A DNA stretch of 64,000 nucleotides, from the IMG/VR virus record IMGVR_UViG_3300025678_000005; one strand, written 5' to 3'. Positions within the stretch are counted from its first letter, which is position 1; the number at the start of each line of letters is the position of its first letter. The stretch comes from a virus. Lineage: Duplodnaviria > Caudoviricetes. A model generated the notes under the pieces. That model did not search any database, was not told the origin of the DNA, and saw nothing but the letters and a program-made list of their open reading frames with translations. Below are positions 42,400 through 57,200 of the stretch, in pieces. The position numbers were made by a program, and so were the translations under genes.

Positions 42400-45300
42400 T
42401 TAGTAATTACATTTTTGTTCTAATTTTTTTTCATCTATTAGTTTTTGTATAATGTCTGCTACAGTAAACATTTCATAAGAACTATTAAAATCTATTAATG
42501 ATTCTTCTCCATCAATCAATTTTGAACCAAAATTGGTTAATACATCATAAATAGAAGTTTTCATTAATCCATTTACATCTTCTCAGTCCAGGTTCTCTTC
42601 AAGGTTTAACATATCAGAAATTGTATCTTTAATTGTAGTGTTAAAACCGTCATCTGAAAATACTCCATCACTTTTAATATTTTTATTAAAAGTTAATGTA
42701 AATAATTTAATAAAGCTTTCTTCTAAAGCTTCGGCATTAATCATATTGCCAGCAACTTCTTTGAATATTGGATGATATTGTACAGAATTAATGATTCTAT
42801 AATACATATCAGAATTTCTAGCTTTCATTGTAGCCAAAATAACATGGAGTAGTTCATGGAGAGGGTCTGTTATTCTAGCTTTATCAAGATTAATGTATAT
42901 TTCATCAAAAGTAGTAAAAGAAGATGCTTGATATACCTTTGGATTATTAAATCTTTCAAGATCGCTATTCTTTATTAAGTTTATTTTTATATTAAATTTT
43001 TCAGATAAATAATTACTAAAGTTTACAAGAAACTCATAACTACTAGATTTAACATTTATTTTAGTTTCTTCTTTTTCAATATTATTTTTATATTTAGATA
43101 TAAATTCATAAGTATTTATTGCCCATTTTGGAGTAAAAATTCCTTTAATATTTAAATCTGTATATTCATCTAATATAACAGTTTCTCCTTTTACATATCT
43201 AAATTCACCATTTCCATTTGGTATTTTAGTATACGAATATTTTGTTGCCACTAAAGCATTTTTTAAAATTTTTTCTACAACTAGAACATTCTTACCTAAA
43301 GAAATAAAACTTCCAGGAATTATTTTATATAGTTCATTTGAGCGCAACATTTTAATAAAATTCTCTTTAGACATTTCAACAAAATTAGTATTTAAAGAAT
43401 CTTTTTTATAATAATTATTTGTTGCTATAGCATATAATTTGTCTGGTATATTTTCTCATTTATATCTATCCTGCATTAATTTTTTATATTCCTGTGTAAT
43501 ATCTTTATATCCTTTTTCTGCTATATTAGATTCAATTGGATTAACGTTTGCTGGTAAAATAAATATGAAATTATTTGGATTTTTATATACTTTTACTTCT
43601 ACATAAGATTTACTTTGTACTTGTGGTTCTCTAAATACTTCTATTCTTGATTTTTGAATGCTTAAATTAGCAAAAGACTCATTAAGTCTTTTTGTAAATA
43701 GAATATAATTATGTAATGAATTTCTATCTATATTAAAATATCTAAATGTGTTATCACTCATTTTTACAACTGTCTTTATGTAAAAATGTTTTATACCATT
43801 TATCAAATTATATCCAGAACCAATAACTTTATATAGCAATTTAGTTTCTGGATTATACAATATGTCATCAGACAATATTGTAGAATAGTTATTTAAGTCT
43901 GATACATTAAATGTTAAATTATTTAACCTATCATAATCTTTTTCTAAAATAGATTGTACAGACTTATTATTTTTTAGAATATTGTTTATATAATAAGATA
44001 TATTAATTAAATCATCATTGTTTATAATATTCTGGTTTGTATTTCTTGGTATTTCTGTTCCAACAATATTATATTGACTGGTAACTCCAAGCTTGTAACC
44101 TTCGTCGTCTTTATATATATATAAGAATTTATTTGTAACAAACTCATTTCCAATAATTAATCCTATGAATTTAGAATTTCCTATTGATATAAGTGCACGT
44201 TCTCCAATTGTTGGAGTCTTATAATTCATATCTATATTTTCTTCTAATAATTCTAAATTTGGTACTGGTAACTTTATATTCTTGATTTCATCTATTCTTA
44301 AGGATTTATTATTATCTAATACAATTATAGAACCTCTAATTTCTTTAATTTTATAATCTTTATGATCCAAAGTTACAAGAATATTATTATTTTTTAACAA
44401 ATTCAATATATGTTTATATGAAACAGATTTGAAGTGTTTATGTAATGAAATTGGTATTTTTTCAGATTTAGTATATGAATAATTATTATATATTTCATCT
44501 GTATATACCATAGCTTCTACTGAATTACTATTTGTATTAATAGATAATTTATTGTCTATAGTATAAATATATTCTGAAGCAATTCTATTACGTAAAAATA
44601 AATTTCCTGTTTGTGTATTTTGTCCCAATGTTCTTATAATATATTTTCCATCAGAATCAATATAACTATCATAGAATAATTCGTATCAATCAGTTGCATT
44701 TGGATTTGAAATTTTATCAGGATTTGGTATTAATACAAGATCTCCCTGCTTTAAATCAAGTATATTTATTCTTGATTTTGGTAAATGTTTTGAAAGACGT
44801 TCTTCATTATCTATATATTTAAATTTATTTCAAGTATCGTGTAAAGACAGCCTTTCAGTATTAATACTTCTATCCTCATTTATTGATTTAACTACACTGC
44901 GATAATAAGCAGTATAGATTATTTTTTTTAAATCATTGGTTTTTTCTTCATCCTTTGTTTTAATAATTGATTCCAAATACTTATCGGCCATTAATTTATC
45001 TTCCTCTTTTTCTGAATTTACAAGCTCTCTAAAATTTATTTCTCCGAAAGCATTATATAACGCCAATTCAACCAATGCAATGATATTGTTATCTGTACTG
45101 TTCATATAATTTAAATTGAAAAATATATGACCTTTATAGAATGAAGTTGGGACGTTCTCTTCTCCAAAACCAGCAATAACATTATTTGTTTTTCAATCAA
45201 CACCGATATTTAAAAGTCGTAATAATCCAGATTCTCTTGGAGATAATTGTTTTACAAGTTCACCTGGACTATATACTCCTACAGTGTTTTCATTTATATC

Positions 45301-45492
45301 ATTTAAATTTAAGTCTTGTATATTATCAAAATCTAATAACTTATTTTTTAATTCATTATAAGCAGCTAAATTAGAACTGTCTATATTTTTTTTCAATTCA
45401 AAAATTAAATCTTCTAAAGAGTTAATTTCATTCTGTGTAGAAAACAATTCTACTTGCTTTCCTTCTAGATTAACCGTATACTTGCAATCCAT
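42400..45492 (-). CDS. giant virion protein B with zincin HExxH domain, about 1030 aa, TGA=Trp
   Basis: Four track ORFs in one frame; PLHELLH...EALEE; ends EQKCNY*. Confidence 0.8.
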
Positions 45493-48400
45493 TATTTACA
45501 TTCTTTACTAATTACTAATTTTTTATTTTTAATTTGCTGAACAATTTCATCAGCTAAATTTTGTGATTGTTTATTAACTGTTATTTCATGTGAAACTTCA
45601 TAAGGAAAAGTATAATATCTATTCATTTGTAATGTTTCATTTTCAGTTACATTTAATTTTTTTGGTTTATTTTTATCATAAATATCAACATCACCAAAAA
45701 CATATAATAGAAATCCTTTTAAATTATTATTATTTTCAGATAAATCTTTTACTAAAATATCAACATCTTCGTGTGTTATAGAAGATTCAAAATTAAGAAA
45801 TTTTCTTGAAATAGAATTTGGATCATCAGCATCTTTATAAAATAATTCTGTAGCTCTATTTCCACCAAATCTTCCTTCATTTATAATTAAATTATATGCA
45901 GTTAATAAATCTATTAACTTAATTCCAGCATTTAATTTAGAATCACCATCTTGTACAGTATTTATATTTAAAATATAATCTGTATTTATATATTCTCCAG
46001 AAGCTGGATCTCATTCTTTAGAAAATCCCCTACCAATCATCTCACTTATACCTGCCTCGAGATCTTCCAATTCATCATAATTAGATTCATCTAAATAATA
46101 AGATATTTTTTTATTTAAGTTATAATTTAAATATGATGTCTTTACAAATCTCTTTAAAAATCCATTATTAGCGTGTTTTTTCTTTTCAAAAGGTATTATA
46201 TATTCTTCCATTATATATTTAAATTTTGCTAATTCATATGGACTATTTAAAGAAAAATACCTTATTGGAGAATTTTCTAAATCTTTTTTAGTAAAAGTAT
46301 CTACAGAAATTTCATCTTGACTGTCTTTTAATATTCTAATATTATCTATACCCAAATAATTCATTAATGCTATCAAATCAAATTTATAATCCAGAGTATT
46401 AAAAAATTTATAAATAACTCAATTATCATAATAATCGTTTATTTTATTCAGTATTCCTGAACTGTATGTAACTGGATTATTCTGCACTCCATTAAGTATT
46501 ATATGTTTGGTTATTTTATAATATAATTCGTTTTGCGGATAAATATCCAATATTTTTTCAATTATCTTTTTACTGTTATTTATTGAATTAAAATAATGTT
46601 TATTTGTTTTTGAGGTAATAACAGTATCAACAGTATGAAAAGATTTAAACATGCTATTAAAATGCTTTAAAGAAGATAGTACATCTAATATATTAAATGT
46701 AGATTTTATAAGATTGTAATAATCAATAGCTATTTTTCTATAATTATCATCATTAAAAAATAAATCCAAATCTAATTCTTTTTCTACTATATTAATATTT
46801 TTAGCTTTGTCATATATTTCTTCAATAAGCACTTCATTTAATCAAGGTTTATCTTTCTTAATAGTTTCTAAATCACTTAAATCATTAAAATATTTTCTTT
46901 TCAACATTTTTCTTTGATTGACCAACGAAAATCTTAAATTATTCAATAATTCATAAAGACTTTCTTCATTAGCTTTAGATCCTTGATTAACACTTAAAAA
47001 AGAGCCAAGAGTAATTAATTCTTGAGAGTCCATAAATATATTGAAGAAATTGACAAAGAAATTACTTCTATATTCATTTATAGGAAGAGCTTTTATATTC
47101 TTGTCAATAGAAGCCCTGATCATATTGATTCTGGAAACGGGTCTACCATTTGTAATAAAAATGTTGTTTTCTGTTTTTCTTTTTAATTCCATAGCCTCTG
47201 GAGATGTCATAAACTTTGTAACTTCATCTGGCGAAACTCCCAACATGAGTAAATAAATATGCATTCCAGCAAATTCAATTCCAGCATTTATTTTTGCTAA
47301 TAAAAGCTCTTTTGCATTATCAGTAGCAAGTGTTAAAATGGCCGATATATAAAAAGCTATATCATTATCTAATGGAAATTTTTCCATAGATGATATTATA
47401 TAATCAATATATTCTGAATTACTCATATATTCAGAAAGTATTGTATCTTTAGAAATGCTTTCTAAAGAAGTCCTAATATTTTGTACTAAAATTTCATCTA
47501 GTTTGTCTTGAATGTTTTTATAATTATTTAATCCAGCAATTTTATTAAAGCAATATTCTTTTCCATTAATTACATAATGTTTGAAGAAATATTTACTACT
47601 ATTTACATCTATATTATCAACATTCATATAATAGTTTCCAAAATATTTTACAAGTGCAAAATAATTTTTTAATCCTACAGCTGCAATACCAATAACAGCT
47701 TTACCTACTGTGTTTTGTTCTTGTTGCAAGCCCATAGTATATCCATTATAAACATCAAGATTATATGGTGAGTCAGAATAATTCTTTTTTATTTCTCCAT
47801 AAACTCCAGATGTTACTGGTATATTAGATGCAACTTGTGTTGTAGGACTTTCAAGAACACCTATCATTTTGTTTACAATATAGTTTTTAAATCCATTCTC
47901 GTTATAATAAGATTCGTGCCTATTAATAGCTTTTAATAAATAATCATCTTCTGAATATATATATTTATATTCATTTTTATTTAATTCATTTGTAATTGCT
48001 ATAAATTTATCCAGAAAACTGCTATCGTTTATTCCATTACTTTCTAAAAAAGAATTTATATTAAATACATCATTAGAAAAATTTATACCATTGTCATCAG
48101 TAATTAAAACATCTTTGTATTTTGTTAGATTTTTTTCATTTAATAAAATATATTTTCTGTTTTTTGGAAGTGGAATATTAATTGATTCATCAAATTTAGT
48201 TGTATCAAAATATGGAGACCATGCTTCAAATTGACCATTTTTAAATGAGTATCCCATTGTGTATACTTTATCAATGTCAAGATCTGATCCCTGTAGAAAT
48301 AGTTGTCAGATAGATACATATATATCATTTGCTGATCCAGGAATAAATCCTACCGTTTCCATAGACATAACTGATTGTAGTGCTTGAGCTGGAATTCTAG

Positions 48401-51400
48401 CTACAACAGATTTTAAAGATTGCTTAAAACTTTTATATTTTATATTTGCCAGCCTTTTTGAATATTTAAATGTTTCTGTTTTTTGTTTTGTTTTAAGAAA
48501 TTCTTCATATAAATCAATTACATTCTTTTTAGTTATTTGTCCAGTATTATACTTATCTATAATATCCTTTTTAAATTCTTTATAATTTTTTATTTTTTTT
48601 CTAAAAAAGCTTTCTAATTCTTGATTATTTACAGAATTTGCTATTGTTGTTAATAATGTCAAATAATCATCATCCACCAAATCTAATAATTTATCTACGG
48701 TATTATATCCTTTATCCTTTGTATAAATATAATTCAAATTATTATGGCTTTCTAAAAAGCTATCAATACCTTCTTTAATATATAAAATTTCATTGCCTTT
48801 AGTATCTAAGAACACTTTATAGGAAGCTGGTAATTTATACATTTTATGTCCAAAAGAATCTATTCTATAATTACCATCATCACTTATATAAATTTGAATT
48901 TCTTCTGCTATTGGAGAATACTTTGCAATTTCTGCATCCAAAGAAGTATTATTATTTTCAGCATCTCTTTTTGCAAGTTCCATTACCGTTTTTAAATATA
49001 ATTTATTTTTATATTCAATATAATTAAAATCTTCTAAAGAGACATAATAGTCTTCTCCGTTTACACCAACTAAAACTAAATCTGCTGGAACTGGTAATAA
49101 TGGATGAAGATATTTCTTTGGCAATAAAAAGTCTGAGATGTTTATTTTATTTAGATTGGTATCTTTCTTAATTCCAAATGTGTCATATTCACCATAAGAT
49201 CTAATATTTTCTGGTGCATAATATTTATAATCTGTAATACTATTAGTATTAATATAATTATTTTCAAATTTTCCTGTAAAATCATCAAAGCCATCTACGG
49301 TTTTAAAAATAGTATTAAAATAATTATCATTCGTTTCTTGATAAGATATATAGTTCTTATTATATGATAATAACTCAAAAGTTCTTTGTATTCATTTATC
49401 AACATATGGCAAAATATTTACACTCCCTGTAATATTTTGAATATATTTAACAAAATCATTATACATTTTGCTTGTTTTAAAAGTATTATCATTTAAAAGT
49501 CTCCATTTGAATTCTATTGCATCACAATCTCAAATACTCCTTTGAATTCCATTTTCTACGAATGTAACATCAGATGGTTTTAAATCTCTTGGCTGATTAT
49601 ATATCTTATTTATAATAATATCAGAATTATTTAAAGATTTTATTAAACCTTTAATTTGAAAATAATCATTTATTTCATTTAATCTAATAGGAGTATTGGC
49701 TGGTATTAAATTACCGTTTAATGTTATATCTATATTTAATGAAATTACATCCAGGGGTCTTATACTTGAAATATTTATATTTGTAGGCTGTAAACTTGGA
49801 AGAGTAGATAATACATAATCTATCTTTGCATTATTTATATCATGTAAATTATCTAATGTATTAACTTGTGGTTTTACAGATAATTCATCATATATACGAA
49901 TTAAATCAGTATTTAAATATTTATTTCCATCTCTATCTTCATATAACTGTACAAATCCTTGTGAAGGTCTTAACACATAACCAGCTCCTGGAAATTTTCT
50001 TCTAACAAATTCTGCATTAACCTCAGAAATTAAAAAGCTTATAAATTGTTTATATATTGTTTTATTATCAAACGGTATAATATGCTCAAAATCATTTTCT
50101 AATGCATTAACAATTGTCCTAGCATTATTAATTTGGGATGAATTATTCAATCTTTTTATAAATAATTTTGTAATAATTTCAAAATCCTTATCACTATTTA
50201 ATCTAATATTAAATTTTTCAAGTCCACGTTCGGTAACTGTAGAAATAGCATCATATACAGCATCTGACAGTTCGGGAACTAGATTCATTTCAGATAATGC
50301 TGATATAACTTGTGTAATTTCATTTACTTCAGAATCTTCTACTGTATGATAAGGATCTAGCTGTGTTCCAAAAAACGAAGTATCGAATATAAAATAATTT
50401 AAGGGTTTATCAGAAGAAAACACATCTTTTACTGTATTTATATTTGTGGCACCATATTTTATTGCGCTTTTTGGAACCAGCATTGTAATTAAACTTTCTT
50501 TAAGAGTGTTATTTTTATTATAAATAGCATGTTTACTTACAATTGAGGCCACTAAATTAATAGAAGATTCATCATATTTAATTTGATTGTTTTCCATAGT
50601 TGCAGAATATTCTCCACCAAATGCTTTCCATAAATCAAATAGATTATTGATTTCTACTTGTTTTTCATCTCCACCTTCAAAATATATAGTATAAATATTA
50701 TCCTTTAAAAGTTTTATATTTAAAAATTTTTGCATCTTACCATTGTGTCATAAATATAGATTTGGTACAATAGCTTGTAAATCTATTGGACTATAAGAAT
50801 CAGAATCGCCAAGATCTTTAAAACTAAATAGATCAAAATAACCATCTTTTCATAGATACTCACTATTTAATTTTTTCATAATATTATATAGTTCTACATC
50901 TTTTCTATTACTATTTCTTATATCATTATTACTTATTGCAAATGTTGCAAATTTTAGTAATCCAGAAAAAGATTCACTTATTATTTGGGCAATTGGTTTT
51001 TGTGAACTCTGTAAATTGTATCCTGGTAGTGAAACTTTAAGTAATTCATTAAATATTGGATTTACCAAAGCTCCCCCATTATAAACTTCTATTTTAGTTT
51101 GATCACCAGTATAGTTAAATACTGTAGTTTCTGGATCAGACATAACAGCTATTTTATGTTTTTGTAAAATTCCTTCTGGACTTTTCCCATATATACTCAT
51201 TGATGCACCAAAAATGTTCATTCTTTTGGTCATTGTTGTTGTACGTTTATTGTTTTCTCTGGTTAATACAGATTCTATACTATCTCATTTATTATTTACT
51301 GGGGTAAACAGTTTTTCATATGGATGTATGTATGAATCTTTTGTTGAAATATTTAAGTACTGAGATGTTACAAGATTTTTTGTTCACAAATATGTTTTAA

Positions 51401-54257
51401 CAATATCTGTTATATTGTTTTCATCTTTTAAAACTATTTCATCATCATTAGTTATTTTTATATTAGGAAAAGCATTTGTTATTGATGCTATTTTTTCTTT
51501 TTTGTCTTTCTTTTGAAAAACAATATAATTTAAAGAAATTTTTTCTGGAATATATTTAAATAATTCTTTTTCTTGATATTCAACTCATTTATCAAATAAC
51601 TTCTTATCATTAAATATTTGTACATACGATTTCAAAAGTTGATTAAATTTAATAACATCTTTTCCGTTTTCATTTTTATAAAAAGAATAATGAGTTTCTT
51701 CAGAAATTTCTACATGTTCAGAAGAATGTATTTTATCTGATATTGCTTCTAAAATTTCTTCTTTAGAATTAAGCTTATTAAATTGTTCCAGATATTCTTC
51801 AATTTTATTTATCTTAGAAATGGATGTTTTTGGTTTAGTTTTAAAGAAATCATTATCTAATATATAAAAATCATTATATATATTAGATATTAATGTATTA
51901 TAATAATCTGATTGATAAACCCTCATCACTTCTTTCAATTCTTCTAAAGAAATGCTATTTAAAGAACGTAATCCAAATGGAGTATTTATATTTTTTGCTG
52001 TATTGAAAACAGTACCATATATAGTAGACTTATCTGAATAAGTTACTGGAATATTGATAAATTCGTTGTCCTTTAATCTGGCTTCCAAAAAATATTTTGT
52101 AAAAGACAACATGAATATCTCATTTGCATTTAAATCACGTAAATCTTTTGAACCATATTTACCAATAACCTCTAATAGTACTTCATTTCTTTTATAAAAT
52201 CCAGGATTTTTTGAGAATATATTATCAGTTTTATCAATAATATTATTAAATAAAGAAGACATATTTGCAACAACCATAGTTGGAACAGACTCTCCAGTAG
52301 ATTTTTTTACCTGTGTGACTGTATCAAATTTTATATCTCTCTTAGATATTTTAAACAAGTCTCTTAGATGTAAAATATCATCTACATCATTAGCAAAATA
52401 TGTTGCCACTCTGGTTGGAATATTATCTGTAGATTGATATTTTATATTGCTTGTTAAATATTTAATAGCATTTTTAAAATTATTACTATTAAAATCTACA
52501 TTTTTTGATTCAAGTATTTTTCTATATTCTTCTATCGTTGTTTGTGATAAAGAAAGACCTCCTTTATTCTGATCTGTTAACAATTTAATAAAATCATCAA
52601 AATTATTAACAGTATAATTTGAATTTATAATGTTATTTGTTTGTGCATTATCAAGATTTACAAATAAATTCTCTACTTCCTTAGATATGGTGAAATCCAA
52701 ATCTAAAACGTCCACAGTTTTGCTATCATCATAAACAGATGCTTGATGATAAACATTCTTTACAGTATTTCTTAAATGATTAATTAAAGCCAATTCGGGA
52801 TTTAAAATAAAATCTCCAGTTTCTTTGTTTGCATCTCTTCAAGCAAGAATAGAATTTCTTAATCCTTTAGGAGCATATAAAAATTGATATATACTTTCCA
52901 ATACACTTTTTCTTGCCAATATGTTATTGCTTTTTTCTACTCCTTGGTCTATAACCGTTCTTAATATTTTTTTAAAAGAAAGTACATCTTTATCATATAA
53001 ATCATATAATTCTGAAATAGTATGTAATTCATTATTACCATTTATTTCAATATTAAATTTAATATCATTATTTAATTCATTTAAAATAGTTCCAGCGGCA
53101 TCTAAATTATTTTTACCAATAGACAATCCATACTCATTTTTTACTCAAATTGTACCTTTTGAAGTTTTTCTTTGTTCATAAAATGGTATAGTATAAGCAA
53201 TTAATTTTATTAAAGAAGTTCTGTTTTCTTCAACACTATTTGCATTTTCATTATCCAATAAACTTTTCTTACCTCATCTTATATTAAGTGAATATTTTGG
53301 TAAACCATTTGTAGGAAGATTAAATGTTCCAGAACTATTTATATTTACTTTTACTTTATCCGAATGATTATTAAGTAAAAAACTGTCAAAATTGGTTAAA
53401 AGTAATGATTTTATATATGCTTGTGCTATTGTATATCTATTTCCACTAATTATTCTAAAATCTCCTTCTACAGATTGCATATTAATATCCATCTGTTCTT
53501 TTATAAATTCTATAACTTGTGCATAAATAGAATTTTTTCCATTACCAAACAGAGCATCATTTAAAGATAAATCATACCCTTCAACATTTGATATTCTACT
53601 TAAAATATATAAATTTGAATCTTTAATCTTTATAGGATTTGGATGATTATTCAAATAATATCTATAAATATAATCCCATAACTCATTTTTATATAGTGCA
53701 ATATTTTTATTTAATGCAGCATCAGTAGTAACAAATCCTTCATATGGATAATCCTTATTGTTTGTATCTAATGAATTAATAAATATTACTTTAAATAAAC
53801 CTATATTAATTAAACTATTTAAATAATTCATATAAGAATCATTATTATATACTAATTTCATTATTGATGAAAAATCATAAATTCTATTTTCATCAATAAC
53901 TGGATTTGTATCATAAACAAAACTTTTAACATAATTTGATTTAACTTTATTTACTATATCAAATACCAAATCATCAAGATTTTGATCAAAATTCTCAAAC
54001 TCTGATGTATATAATTTAAGAGTATTAGTTAGATTTTCAGATAAACTAAAAAAATCATATGAATTTATAGCTTTATTTTCATTAGATATTTCAATTATTA
54101 AATTGCTAATACCATCTGATAATTGTGTTCATTTATTATTTTCATTATCCAAATTTATTTTCTCTAATAATAAATCTTGATTAATAGATTCATTAAGAAA
54201 TGTTTTTATTTTTTTAGAATTTAAAACACTCTTAAAATTCTGTATACATTTTGCCAT
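45492..54257 (-). CDS. virion-packaged DNA-dependent RNA polymerase (crAss-type), about 2921 aa, TGA=Trp
   Basis: Nine track ORFs in one frame; ARIPAQ..QS and YVSI[W]QLFLQGSDLDIDK, with the DxDxD motif at 48270-48284 lying between track ORFs. Confidence 0.88.
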
Positions 54258-54261
54258 ATGC

Positions 54262-57200
54262 TTATTTTATACTACAATTTATATTTGTATTGTCTTCATC
54301 TATTGCGCCAAAATCATCCAAATAAGATGATAGTGGATAAAATTTTCCATTTTTTTCTATATAACTATTAGGATTATATATTACATTTTGAATATAATCA
54401 GATAAAATTACATCGTTTTCATTACCAGTAAATAAATCTTTATCTAATTCAATATTGTTATAATTTCTAATTAAGAAATTTCTAACTGCCTGATTCATAG
54501 TTGACAATAATTGTTTTTCTTTACCAACAGGAAATTTGGAAACATCTAATTTAATAGTAACTTTTAATTTTAAATTTCCATCTTCAAGATTTAGTACAGC
54601 TTCATTTGGTATTATATTATTTGTTGTAATATTATTTTTTATATTAGTTTCTTTTTTTTCACTTAATAAATCACTCATACGTATCAATAATCTATTTGGT
54701 TCTATTGCAACATTGATATTATAATATTTATATTCATCCAATGGTAATGTTCCATAAGACTCTCCTTCTCCTCCAACTCTTATTGATTCTATAGTTGGAT
54801 TGTAATATATTGGTTTTTTATATTGCTCTAGAAATTTATCAAATTCATATATTGGATTTGTAATTACATCAGATAAATAAAATAATATATTACCAATTCT
54901 AACTGTTTCATATTTTTCTATTACAGTTTGTCCTTTGATTATATTTTTTCTTGTTTCTTCTGAAGAGAATCACTTCTTAAAATCATCTTCATCATTAGGA
55001 TCATAATTATAAGAAACTAAACTTTCAACTATTTTTGTTAATGTATCTAAACTAAAGAAATTTCTTGTTTTTCCAAAATAATTGTTTTCTAGATTTATAA
55101 GAACATCTTTCATTAGATTTTCTTTACCAGAAAGTTTTAAATATTTAAAATAATTGAATAATAATTCTCATGATCTATATTTACTAATTAAGTGGTGTAC
55201 TTTTATATCTTTTTTCTCTTCATCCAATTTCTTTGAATTAATTATAGATGTAAATTCTTTTCAAAACTCCATAGGGCTTCTTGAATTAGAATTTAACATA
55301 ATAAGCCTATTACATGCAGTATTTGTATCATCGTATGAAACAATAATATATGGCCTGAACCTGTATTGTTCTAATAATTTTTTATCAGTAATTTTATATC
55401 CTGTATAGGTTTCAAGCTCTTTTTGTATTGCATTTAAATCACCCCAAAAAACTCTTACTTTATTATCAAGTATTGTTGCTCCAGGAAAAACTTTTGAAAT
55501 ATCATTCAGATTAACTGGTTTTATTTTATTTGTCTGGTTTTCACTTTTTGGCAATATTGGATTTTTATAAATTGTAACGGCCTGCTTGTTTATAGAAACT
55601 TCTCCTTCTTCATCGACTCTTGAATATATTTCGCTTAATTTTTGAATGTTAATGGCCCTAGAAACATTGGTATTATTTAAATCTGGCAAAACAGCCAAAG
55701 TCATAAATATTTTTTTATTATTAACATTAATATATGTTCCTATAGCATATATATCAGTTTTTATAGAGTTATTATTTACAAGTTTTCCATAAGAATATAT
55801 ATTATCAACAGAAGATGCTATTTTTTTTATAACTCAATCTGACTCTACTTGCACTGTATCATTAAATAATTTTTGTTTGCCATATAATTTATTAAATAAA
55901 ATATGATTTTTAAATCTAATATATTCATGTATAATATCGCTCAATTTTAAATTTTCAGAACTTATTTCCTCTAAAGCAAATAAATCTGTATCTGTAAATT
56001 TAACATTATTTTCCTGTTCTAATGTAGTTTTTAAATTACTTCATGAAATAGTATTTTTTTCACCAGACTCATTAATTTTAAAATTTAAAAATTTACTTAA
56101 TGGACTTGGACTTGATATATTATGCACATTTATTCCAAGATTATTAAAGAAGCTGTATCCTAAAATATTGTCTGGATCAGGAATTTTTTCCTGTTCTTCA
56201 TTTTCTTCTGTGTCTATTGTATCAATAACTGGAATTTCTTCTATAAAATCAACTGGCTCTACGTTAATATTACTTACAGGTTCTTCAACGGTTTCTACTT
56301 TTTCCTCTTTTAAATCCATTAAATTTATTTTATCAATTCTATTTTGTAAAGACTTGTTTATTGCATCGGCATTAATTGTAACTGGAACAGATTTGGCACG
56401 CAAAATATTTTTTATATTAATTGATGTATTAATTTTTGCTAAGGTTCCTTCTTTTGCCCTGGTCAATAAAGTGTACAGTTCTCTAGCTTCAATATAAATA
56501 TGAGAATTCTTAATATTTAAATCTATTATTACTTGATCAAATTCTCTTCCTAAAACATCTCTACCATATACTTTTATTTCTTTATCATTAAATACATTCT
56601 TTAATTTTTCTCTTAAAGATTCAGATAATGTCCCATCTTGTGTTATTACAGCTATTTCTTTATTTGGATCAAGTTTTTTTAAATCTTCTTCTGTAATTGT
56701 ATTTACAATTAAAGTTCCACTTAAATATTGATTTGTATCATTATATAATAATTCTACATCTTTTTGAATTGGTTTTTGTTCAAATGATGCCGCACGAACA
56801 TTTCTTACAAAATTTTCAAGTGTAACAACATTTTCATTTTGTAATGTATTTCTTGCTCTTACAGGATTTCGCATTTTAATATTAGATGCAGAAAATATAT
56901 TATCTGTACTAAATAAATTAGTTCCAATTTGTATTCCACTTTGTAATGGATCCCCCATTAAAACAATGTACACATTATTATTTGCACCAAGTTTATTTAA
57001 AATTTGTCATTCTATTGTATTAATTTTACTTAATTCATCTCCTATAATAATTTCTTTTGCAGTATCAGAAGGTTTTAATAGAAAATCATCAAAGAAAGCT
57101 TGCTTCAAATATACCGCACCAACACCTTCGCCAATTGCAAAGTATTTGGTATTTATTTCTTTATTTGCTTCAGCAAGTTTTTTCTCATCAGTTAAATCAT

